This document shows positions 22,936 to 34,500 of a stretch of DNA of 64,000 nt, in pieces. Position 1 is the first letter of the stretch; the number at the start of each line of letters is the position of its first letter. The stretch is from Hydrolagus colliei (lineage: Eukaryota). The stretch is taken from NCBI GenBank assembly GCA_035084275.1, contig CM068749.1, forward strand, positions 17,298,001 through 17,362,000, in the 5' to 3' direction. The position numbers and the translations under genes were made by a program. Under the pieces are notes generated by a model. That model was not told where the DNA came from. It saw only the letters and a program-made list of their open reading frames with translations, and searched no databases.

Positions 22936-25789
22936 TTTCTGACAATTCTGTATCTGATTTCAGCCAAGAGATAGGGATGTGCTGGGTATGAAGAGAGATT
23001 TTTAGCTGAGGACCTTGAAGTTGATCCATTGAGATACAGTAGAACTTGGGTTGAACTAGGATGATCGGCGAGCAGAATCTTGGTGCCAGTGAAGCTCCAG
23101 GTACAGAGTTTTGTATCGGCTGAAGCTTGTGGATGATGGATTTAGGAAGACTAGCGAAGAGTGTGCTTGAAAAGTGGGTAACAAAGACCTAAATGAGGAT
23201 TTCAGTGTCATTTCCTGTGAGATAGGGTATGTGGAGAAGTAAAATGAAGCGTTATTGGTTATAGACAAAATTGTAGCATTTTAATGTCCTTTAATATCCA
23301 AACCATACTTCTGGCTAATACATCAAAATATTTTTTGTGCTAGGACTGTCAGATAAAGTGTAGGGAGTTCTGCATGTTGTGTTAAATAAAAAAAGTGTTT
23401 GTTTTGTACCTAGTTGTACTTTATACTTTACACTGAATCTGTACAGCACATGACAGCCCTGCTACTACAGAGTTAAAATACTTTAATCTGCAGTGAAACT
23501 AAGCTAGACTTATGGTCGAAAAGATGTCCATCACAATAAAGATGACTCAATAATTTGCTAAGGATTTGTACTTTTGGTGGTACAGATATTTGGAGATATG
23601 CAGGAACCACAAACTGAGTCACCGAGTTTGTGATAATAAGTATGGGTGAATTAGGACACACCCTAAAGATGAGAAACAGAGACACTTGTAGACGTGAGAG
23701 AGATAAGCAAAAGAATAACAGTGACACCTACTCTTGGCGCACAGAAACTGCAGGGTTTCACTGTGCAGATGAAAAGGGATGAAAAAGCACCATCTCCAGG
23801 CAGCACGTGGACCAACAACTACTGAGAAAGAAAACACCCAGAGGCAGGATTTAGGATCAGAAGAAAGAGACCTTGGTTAGACCAGCAAAAAATATTTTAA
23901 AAGAAAGGGAGATTTATGACAGAAATTCTTGACTCTTTGTTGACTTCAATCGTGTTTTGTCCAAATCAGAGATGGAATTCAGAATTCCTGGGGTACCTGG
24001 GCACCAAGAACCTTCAGGCTGCTCTGCACAGTGCCCGAGGCCCCTCCGTCTCATTGTTGGAGTAACGCCGTCTGCTCCCTTCAATCATTCACTGGGGGGA
24101 GCCCAGTGCTACAAACTGCAAACATTTAAAAATAAAGACTGCCGAATATAAAAGTGACCCGAAACAAATGGGTTTCAAAATCTGACCACTAACCCTTGGT
24201 GACAAGAGGAAACTGGCACTTGAACATCTGAGTCACTATGGTTCTCCCTCAGTTGAGAGGTTAAAGAAAAAAGACAATGTTATTGGCCTAAACGTGTCTA
24301 AACGTGCAGTTTATGAATCTCATTTTTATTTAAAAGTTATTTTCTTGCTTAAATGCCATTATTCGATTTAATTTGTAATTGAGTCCGAAACAATGGGACA
24401 TAGAAAGAGAACATAAGCGCTGGCATGGACTGGTTGAATTGAATGTCCTGTTTTCCTCTGCATAATTCTATGGAAAGTGAATGTTGTACAAAAAGCTATT
24501 CCATATTGTTGAGCATAAACAACATGACCACAATAGCTGGCAAGCATAATGTATGCTTTGTGAAGAGATTTTAACATAAAATGTGGAAGTCAAGTTTTTG
24601 GTGGAAAATATTATACAGTATTTTAGATAGAGTGGTTACTGTGGCCCTTGCTTGTGAGAGTTGAGTTCTGAAAGGAGATGGGATTTGAACAGGCAAGTTA
24701 TTTTAAAATGTTGATCTGCATGATCACCAAAATTGACCTATTTTTCATGCTTCACAGAAATTGTTGATGGTTTTCATCTGTCCACAATTGAACCTTTCTA
24801 GTGTTTCAGTTTCTGAAAACATAGTATCTCATATGAAGTGGCTGAGTTAATCACTCGCACTTTGGAGAAACTCAAGTGGCAGCAAGTTTAGGTTTGGTTT
24901 TTGCGGACATCAACCTCAAGATTGCAGGTTTTTTGTTAAGAACTGTTTCAGTTAACTCAGCATTGCGGTGTGAAATTAAAACATTTTAATTCTGGGGTTA
25001 TTTCCCATAGTGAGACAGGAAGGAACAGTTTTAAGATGTGTAATTAAGATTCAATCAATGTGCAGAGTGACATTAAGCACTTTAAAAGCAGTTTGTATTA
25101 AACTCAGGGGCACATTCCACTGCTCCTCATGAGCAAACGTTTCCAAGTTAATTCTCACCATAGTTATATTAGCAGGGCAGCTCTGCTCAGTTACATGAAG
25201 GTACATGAAGGTGATGGTCCTATGAAAATATTTTCAAGCTTTTCAGTGAGTTTGTGACTCTGATGAGAATTTTTTTTATTAATACAAAATACAAAATATT
25301 TACATTTTCCATCATCATTGCAAGAATTATTTTCATCATTCCTTTTGCTATAAAGTGGAACTAATGTGCACAACTGAAATAGACTTCATAAATTGACAGT
25401 ATTCTTTGAATGAATTAAAAATATAGAACTGAATCCTTTAATTACTGTCCATTTCCCATGGTATTGAAAATGCCTACTGTGATGGGTTACTTTTGATGGT
25501 ATCCCTAATTATGGCATCATAATGACAAGTTTAAATTTCTGCAAACACAATTGTCACCAACATACCATTTAAAATCATTAGCAAAGTGTGCAAGTAAAAA
25601 AAGGGTATAAAAATGTTTAATACAGATACAGTATTTTTGTGATGAAAGGCAAATTCTGGTCTCACTGCTGTAACTTTTTAAAAGCTTAATTCACTCACAG
25701 TTGATTACCCATGAGTTATAAAAGAGGTAGGAAATGTTGAACTGAATTGTCACATTGTGATCGCCAAATTTCAATGAAACATATAGTAA

Positions 25790-26233
25790 TGTTAGAGATT
25801 AAATTACTCGTCTCTTTAAAACAGATTTGTTTATTCAGGTATACTCATTGAGCTGACAGTAAAGCATATAAAACGACTACAATGCATGCAAAAGCCAACC
25901 ACTCCATTACTTCTGTTCCCTTCCGATTCTTCTTTTACTTTGTTCACCCTTTTCGCCTATTCCCTCTTATCCGATTCTGCCTCAGGTCTCAATATCGCAT
26001 TACGCCCTAGTCTTCACTTTTGGAGTTTACCTGTCATCTACCTCTTGTGATGATGCTCCATTACTGGGTTTACCTGTCATCCACCTCTTGTGATGACGCC
26101 CAAATACACTAGGTTTCTCATAATGCAATCTCATACACCAATATACTACCCGGCACGCATTCTTCAGGTTAAAAGGGAATAGTCCTTTCTCTTCCTTGCT
26201 TCCTCTCAGTCGGTCTCGGGGAAAACTCTAACA
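25790..26233 (-). mobile_element. Solo LTR (Gypsy/ERV-like), 444 bp
   Basis: Inverted termini TGTTAGAG...CTCTAACA; perfect 4-bp TSD GTAA; minus-strand AATAAA near the 3' end; internal direct repeat of about 30 bp. Confidence 0.8.
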
Positions 26234-27544
26234 GTAATAGCCACACCAATGAATTTAATAGAAGTTGCCACTTTATTTAAAAAGAGGTATGTAGACACAC
26301 AGCATTTCAGTCATGTATCCAACACAATATATATTATGCAACATATTTGTACACCTCAAATGGTGATCAGGAATATTTTCATAAGATAAAGCAATTAATA
26401 TTTTATATTGTTTTTATAAATGTTGCAGAAATGCGTCATATTGAGATGAGATTGTATAATTAATTTGCATTTGCAGCCAATAAAAGTAGTACAGTATCTA
26501 TCAAATACAATAGTTAATAAACTGTGAAATGTATGAGAGCAATCGTTTGCTCTTTTGTTGTCAGTATTAGTCACAAAGCTGTGGTTTGCCACATGAAGTG
26601 TTGCAAATTTTCTACTGCTTTGTCAACTTTTCTTATTATTGGAACAGATGTTGCTCAATGTTTACTTTGCAATGCTGTTTCTGCAAACTGTTCCCATCCC
26701 TGAACGGGATGGGAACTTCCAATTGCAAACACTTAAATAAGATTACTTTCAGTGGTACCCTCTACGTTACTTATTTTGCTTCTAATTTCGAGACTGTCAT
26801 CAGCAAAAAATATTTAAAAGTTCCAAAAAGTGTCTGTTTAAAGTTAAAATATTCCATATTATACTGCATTGCTTAATATTTCCCTATTTATTTTTGATAA
26901 TCCAGTACATATATTAATTCCAGCAATGGAAATACATGTTTAAAACAGTTTCTGTTATTTTTGATTATACAAATTGGTTAAAACATTGAATGGAAATGTG
27001 CCATTCAAACATCTAGAATAATCACACAAAAAAAACAAAATTTATGTATAACCCCTGACACATCACTCTACTACATAAAAACATTATAATGCTGGATTAT
27101 TTCTGTTTTTAATAATTTTAGGTGTATTTTAGGTTGTGATGTATATTTGTTTGTGTAGATTTGGGATCTAACATTCTACAACGACGCAGTGTATCATAAC
27201 TACTGACTCCATCCTTGTTCTCCCTATTATTACTGTACCTGTACTAATAAATAAACCCAGAGCAATACCATAGGGTGCACCAAGACAGTAGAACACAAGG
27301 AGTTTAGAGTTGCAAAGATGATTGTAAGAAAGAAACTGGGAAGTTTTTTTCTTTACTCAGTTGGCACTGACTAATTTTTTTTAAAAAAATGCAGCTTGAT
27401 ACCGTGACAGTGTTAGACAGGCAGGCAGGTAGGTGTGGAGATGTTCTGGAGGAAACACATGTGCTCTGGATAAAACGAGATGGAGGTTGGGGAGGACGGG
27501 GGTAATAAAAAATGCGTCCTTTCTACATCCGTCCATTTGTGGCA

Positions 27545-27730
27545 TTCATGTAACCTAGTGGTGAGCGCACTCGCCTCACGAGCAAGACCTGGGTTCGATT
27601 CCCGGCAGGGCAAAGCCTCGGTCAAGTGTCCTTCAAATAAACCAGTAATAAATTGGTCGTTTTGATCCACGACTGTTTGTGGGACACTGCTGCGCGCAAC
27701 CGGCTGCCACGTTACAGACAGAAACCACAA
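27545..27730 (+). mobile_element. tRNA-headed SINE upstream of SH3GLB1, followed by an inverted L2/SINE tail (about 27740-27796)
   Basis: A box tagtggtgagc; B box ggttcgattccc; core tgtgggacactgctgcgcgcaac. Confidence 0.75.
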
Positions 27731-27899
27731 AACCAAACCAACAAAGTTACATTTATAGAGCGCCCTTCACGTCGGGAGGACGTCCCAAGGCGCTGATAGA
27801 CAGATAGGTAGGTATGGAGGTGCTCTGGAGGAATGAGATATATCGAGATGGAGGGGTGTGTGTGTGTGTGTCCCAATGCGCCTGTTGTCATGGTTCAAG

Positions 27900-28500
27900 T
27901 GGTTGTGGGTCAAGGGTCAATGACGAGCGCGGCGCTGATTGGCCAAGAGAGGAGCTTCCGGGGGCGGGAGTTTCTGGGCGTAGGTTGTTGGTCGACAGCT
28001 TCCTGTATGGGAGCTTCCGGTCTGGGCTGGTGGGCGGGGTCGCGGTCGGGGCTGGGCTCGAGCTCTGCTCCGTTCGCCTCTCAATTCAATGTCCGCCAAC
28101 ATGGACTTTAACGTGAAAAAATTCGCGGCTGATGCCGGCACTTTCCTCAGCCGCGCAGTTCAGGTAACAATGTCGGTCGTGGGGGGGGGGAGACGGAGGG
28201 AGGGTGGTGACCGACTGACCGACCGGACATGTCTCCCTCTCGGTGTGTGTCTGTCTCTGTGTGTGTGAGGCCTTGCGGTGGCTGGTCGGGACATGGCGAC
28301 AAACAAGGCCGTCGAGGTCGGAGGGTTTACGAGCAGAAAAGGCGACGGGAAATCGGGAGGTTCGAGGCCTCGGGTTAGGGATGGCTCTCCCTCGGGTAGG
28401 AAAGCCACGGGCGATTCGGCCTGTAGGGTAACGGGAGGAGGAGGCCGTCAGATCAAGTCAAATCACTCCCTGTCCCGGCCCCTCTCTCTCTTTCTCCCCC
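27900..28500 (+). promoter_or_regulatory. SH3GLB1: SH3GLB1 CpG-island promoter
   Basis: CpG-rich; inverted CCAAT at 27938; two CTTCCGG ETS motifs (27955, 28014); GC boxes (27961, 28032); no TATA box seen. Confidence 0.75.
28089..28163 (+). CDS. SH3GLB1: SH3GLB1 exon 1 (MSANMDFNVKK...RAVQ)
   Basis: In-frame ATGs at 28089 and 28101; donor gtaaca. Confidence 0.93.
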
Positions 28501-31500
28501 TGTTTTGATGGCGAACAGCAAGCGGCTGGAGTCATGTGTTGTTCCGTGACAGGCGCTTCTCGACAGTCTCTAACCCGCCCCGTACCCGTTACAAGAGGCC
28601 GAGTAAGTTCGAGCTCATGATGTGGCAACTTCCACCGGGTTGCGAGGTTTTCGGTTCGATGAATCTTTGAACCAAGACGCCAATAAAAATGATGCAACTG
28701 TCTTCCTTTGCCCCAGGGGATGGGAAAGTTCTGTAGGATTCCTGGTCCCTTATCAATGTTCACAGACTCCTCCATTGGGTGTTAACATCCGCTCCGGATA
28801 CACAGATTCAGCGATGACTGTATGTATGTATGTGTGTTCGTACATAGGCTGTTAAACATTGAGTCACGGAATGAGTCTCACACATGAATAACAGTTGCAA
28901 GAAGCTGAAGGATTCTTGTGTAATTGGCACGACAATTAAGTGGTGCCTGTATAACAACAACAAATTTCATTTTTTTTTAGAGGAAAGTGATGGGGGTGGG
29001 GTTTTCTTTTTAGCCTGTATTAGGGAAATTCTTGGTTTACAACTTGCCTTTCTTTCAGCTATTAATGTATTATTTGAGTTAAAGAATTTAAAGAAATGTT
29101 TTTAAATGGTAAGTATTATCAGCTTTGTGGAAAGGGACCGCAAGTGCCTATTATGTGGCTTTAAAGGTTTTCAATGGCAGTGGCTGTATAGGCAAAACTG
29201 TTGCATTGCTGTAATATATTGCACATTGCGATAAATGGAGATTCTTCACAAAGTTGTTTTCTTCATTAGGAAAACAAAAGTACTTCTGTTTTTACAAGGA
29301 ATGCATTTGCCATGGGTGCAGCTTGCACTCAAAAAGCCAAGTATAGTCAAAATGTTCTGAACTGGAACAATGAAGGGCTGAAAGCATCGATGTCAGGAGA
29401 TTGTTTTTAATTTTTGGAACATTGAGCAACATACAGAAATAGTTACTTTTTCTTTTCTTCTTTTATCCTAGAAGCTTTTATCTAGAAGCTTTCTTCTAGA
29501 TTTTCACAATTTAAAATCTATTCCACTGAAATATTACTTATGATGATTTCCATATCTAAACTGCTAATTGGACAAGTTTCAACAGGACAATTAACTTGCA
29601 GGGTTCATCCCTGTACCCTAAGTTGATTTTAGAGTGATTGTTGCTGATGTTTCAAAAATACTGAAGTATTGAATCTCTTGGATTAAATTCCAATATTTTG
29701 ATGAACACAAAATTAATCTAAAAAGAAACTTATTGAGAAGGACTATCAGGAATGTTGAGGGTATATTTGTGTAAAGGCATGTATAACTATTCCATCTCTT
29801 TATATTTGCTCAACCATAACAACTGGGGTATGATTAGACAGAACAGCAACAAAATTACATTTGTATAGTGGCTTTCACATTGGGGGGATGTCCCAAGACA
29901 CTGGACAGTCAGTGTTTCAAACCTGAGTTGGTGTCAGGATCGGAGAAGGTGGAATGGGGGTGACCGATATCATCTTTGAAGAGGAGGGTCTTGAGGCAGG
30001 ACATGAAAGAGGAGGCGAGGTGGAGGGATTGCGGGATGGAATTCCAGAGGTTGGGGGCAGAGTGGCTGCAGGCTCTCCCACTGATGGTGGGTCGGGGGAC
30101 ATGGAGCACGCCAGAGCTCACTGGGTGGAGGAAGCGGGCAGGTTGGTAGGGGGGTTAGGAGGTCACAGAGGTGGGGGGGTGGGGGGGGGGGGGGGGGGGA
30201 GGGGGCAAGGCCATGGAGGGCTTTAAAGATGAGGACCAAGATCTTGAATTGAATTCACCTTTAGTTGCATTGGATGTCAAATGGGATTATTTTATGTTAA
30301 GAATACAATACATAATTATGTTTGTATAGCGCCTTTTATGTCTGCAGAATGTCCTAATGCAATGGACAGTCAGGGTTTTGCACTATTGGTTCCTGCAAAC
30401 TTATGGTGGTAGATATCCTGCACTTGACTTCCATAATGCATTTTGGATGCTTCCATTACATTCACATTGAAGGGTTAGATTTACCTCTTCCCATTTGAGC
30501 TTGTTGCAGTGATGCTGCTTCCTTGAGAGATGTAGATAAGAGATCACAGTGACGTGTTGAGATTGTGTTGTTTTAAAATGAATGATGGCTTAACATTATT
30601 TTCTAATGTTTAATTTGGAATGAATTTACACTTGTGCCATTTGACTGATTCAGTTTACAGAGGAGAAGTTTGGTCAAGCTGAAAAGACCGAGTTAGATGC
30701 ACACCTTGAAAATCTACTCAGCAAAGGGGAAGATACCAAGCAGTGGACTGAGAAAATAATGAAACAAACTGAAGTTTTGTTGCAACCAAACCCAAGTAAG
30801 ATTATATTTTGTTTGAGAATTCTGTGGTTTACAGTATCCATTTTTGTTTTGCCAAAATAACAGCAGCTATAATTTTGATGTTTTATATACCTGACAATTT
30901 GTCTTGAATCTAGATTCCAAACTATAATTTCCTTGCTACTTTCAAAGTCTGCAAGTGAATACCGGTCAAAATGCTGCCTGGATTGTTGTGTCCATATTGT
31001 GCAACACATATCTTCCAGGAAGGCAATTATATTGCAGCTGAACGATTGTTGGTGCATCAGTGTGAAATTTCAAGCAATGTCTGATTCACATGCAACAGAT
31101 GCAGCTAAGCCTCCCATGTCTGATGTAGCAAACCAACCATAAATGTTCACGTGTGTTCAACTTGATTGTCCATATTTTCTGCAGCTGTATATTCTTGAAT
31201 TAATTGTAAATTTTATTTTAAAATCGATCAATCCCATCTTACAATATTTGAAATACAAATTGAGATATTTTGTAGGTGTAATGTTATATTAGTTATTTTG
31301 TGTTGCAATTGACTGCTAATTTATCTATTCAAAATGTTGTATTCAAACACTTTGAATTATAATTTGGTGTCAATTATTTATAACTGAGCATATCCTAATA
31401 ACTTATCTACCATTATGTCTAATAAACCTAAGAACCCCACCAGGCCCTAACGCACTATTTTTACTCTTAGTTGGAATAGGTTTAGTCTGTCCATCTTGTA

Positions 31501-34500
31501 ATTGGTACTGTTGGTGGTTACATCACTCATCTTACAAGCGAGAGACCTGAGTTCAATTCCAGGCAGGGTGAAACCTTGAGCAAGATTCCTACTCCACACG
31601 CCTAATAATAAACCCTCAAAAAACAATAATAAATTATTTATTTCAATCCATGATTGTTTGTGGGTCACTGCCGTGTGCAATTGGCTGCCGCATTTCGCCC
31701 ACATACTGTATATTCAGTCAATTCATTTTACAGTATATTCTGTGAAGCACTGTAAGACGTCTAGAAGATGCAAAAAGCACTATGTCAAATGCAAGGATTA
31801 TTATTTGGTGTTTACTGCCTTTTAATTGTGCAATTGTATAGTTGCTGCACATGCAACAACAATAAAATTACATTTATAGAGCACCTTTCATGTCAGGAGG
31901 ACGTCCCATTCACTCAAGGCAATTCTCACATAATTCTTATAAATCAAAGTTGTTGTTGTTGTAGTCATGACTTGAGTGTAAAGTAAGTATTTATACTGTG
32001 ACCTTTCAGCTGAAGGAAGTTAAAGGAAACCTTGTTCGGTCTTGTGATCTATTAGTGCATGATTGCTTAATCGAATTTATTTGCTTCTCCTTTCATATGT
32101 AGATTCTAGAATAGAAGAATATGTGTATGAGAAATTTGATCGAAAAGCACCGCCTCGAATGAATAACCATGAACTATTGGGACAGTATATGATTGATGCT
32201 GGAAATGATTTTGGTCCTGGAACTGCATATGGTAAGAAAATAAGAGTATTTAGCTGGGAATAATAAAACCTCGGGTAATATTGGATCCTCTCAAAGCAAG
32301 AAAGCCTCTGCCATATGAGCATTGCAATGTTTTGATTGTGGCTATTTAAAAAATGTGAATTTCATTTCAGGCCTGCAAAAAAATTGTTTGTTGTACCTTG
32401 CCAATAGAGAATGTCTTTAATTAGTACATGGCAAGGCAATGGCTCAAATTGCTGTGTATGTAACCTTTTAAAATTAATACAAGGTTAATGTAATTTTGCT
32501 TGGAAATAAATGCTTGCTGGGGAAATATCCTTTCTAATCCTTTCACTGTTCACTTTCTTTTGACAAGGCAACTCTCTTATTAAATGCGGAGAAACTGAAA
32601 AGCGAATTGGTGTAGCAGAGAGAGAACTTGTACAAACATCAGCTATTAGCTTTTTGACGCCTCTTAGGAACTTCCTGGAGGGAGACTACAGAACAATTTC
32701 TGTAAGTAATTCCATAAAATAGTCCATTCAGTGAACTAGCTACAATTTTTGGGTTTTTTCTGATGGAGATCTGAAAAAAAATAAAGGGTAACCACCCCAT
32801 ACCCCACTGAGCCAAACCAAGCTACTATTCGAGTGGTTGGGAGGAAGGTTCAGACTTTTTCTCGAGTCCCTGCCACCAAAGACAGATTGTGAAGTGAACA
32901 TTGTGCCCTATCATTTGTTATGTATCATCATAGTTAATAAAGCACAGAAATGTTATCCTGAGCCCACAAAATACAGTCAATCCACTTTACAATATATTCT
33001 ATGAAGAGCTTTGAGACATCTCAACCCACTCTTATTAAATGCAAGGATTATTATTATGATATTTGTCACTATTGAATTAAGTGATTGAGGTCATACTTCC
33101 TGACAAGGCATGTGATTTTGCCAGTTGATGGTTTGTATCAGGTCTGATGCCTGGTGTATGAGTGAAAAACATTCTGGATGCCACTTCACAATTGTTGCTA
33201 ACCAATATCTTAAGCAAGGCACAAGTACTACTAATATTAAAGAATAGTATTAGTGATTGCAAGAACTATATTGTGCTATAACATCTTTGTACATTGTATT
33301 ATTTCAGTCATTAGAGCTTTGAATAGTTAATAACTAAATGGTAAGTGGACTAATGCTCAGAATTGAACTTTTTCAGAAAGAACGCAGGCTCCTGCAGATT
33401 AAAAGATTGGATTTAGATGCAGCGAAAGCAAGAGTGAAGAAGGCAAAGGTTGCAGATGCTCGATCATCAGTAAGTGAGGCACATTGCAGCTGAAATTTAT
33501 TCCATGTTGTTGCATGCTTGATATCAACTTGAAGAGTCAATGTTAAAATGGAAATAAGTTTTGTTCCAAGCATTCTCTACATATGCAGGTAAATTAATAA
33601 TTCAACAGTGCTTTTTGGTATTTGGTATCCTGTTAAGTGAAACGCTCCTGGTTCAACTACTCCATGGAACAGCACCATCATACTGCAGTGGCTCTTGTGA
33701 GGGCACAACTCCCAGGTAATATAGGACGGCAACGAATATTACTTGCTGTGCCCGTTATTCTAGCCAAGGAGTGGGATGCAATAAATTGGAAACCAAGGTC
33801 TGTGGAGATCAACTTTGGAGCAGTGGAGCTCAGTATTCTGGGATGAATCTCACTTCATTCATGTCGATATTGCTCCTTTAAGAGCATGACTGAACAGTCC
33901 ACTAATGCCTCTTGACAATTGGTTACAGGGGACATGGTGACAATCTTTCCTCAAATCATCTATGGTGACAGAGATATCTTGTTTTGAGCCAGCTGAAGAT
34001 GGGCAGTAATCAGTGAATTTGCAAAATGAGAATTGTTGTAGAAATTTGGGTTGCAAATCATGAATTTGTATTTCTTCAAAGCTTTCATTAAGCAAATGAG
34101 TGTGTTTCATTACTTGTAGATTGTTTGTTAAACTAAATATCAATTAAAAGGCACCAATTTGCACTTCATTAACCTGATACTGTGTTTTGGGGTGGATGGG
34201 AAGCACTGGTACATTTATTATTGTTGCAGTAGTTGTTTGCATTGATGGGATTTTGACCTCAATTGTGCTATTGTGGAGAAGAGTACAGTATGGTCCATTG
34301 TGGGACAGGTAAAGCTAGATTTGCATTTCTCGACAAAGCCTAAGAGAAGACTTCATTCTGTATTTTTACTCAATGAATGGGTGAAAAACGAATTTGTACT
34401 GACACCAAAACCTTCAATGGAATGATGTAGATGAATTGTTCAATAGCAGCTATTTACATCACAATGCCTTTGTTGAAATGGTTTTGTAAATCTACAGGGA

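Larger units (their letters stand above)
15954..27283 (+). repeat. Tandem segmental duplication, copy B
   Basis: The junction at 15954 joins the unit end (ggtgc.ccaa, as at 27274-27283) to the unit start (caaaagg.tttgtacatggga, as at 8250). Confidence 0.92.

Noticed and set aside
27545-27612. tRNA-like sequence with A and B boxes (also 48938-49005, 10140-10205)
   Set aside because: No proper acceptor stem, and it continues into a SINE body found many times in the window
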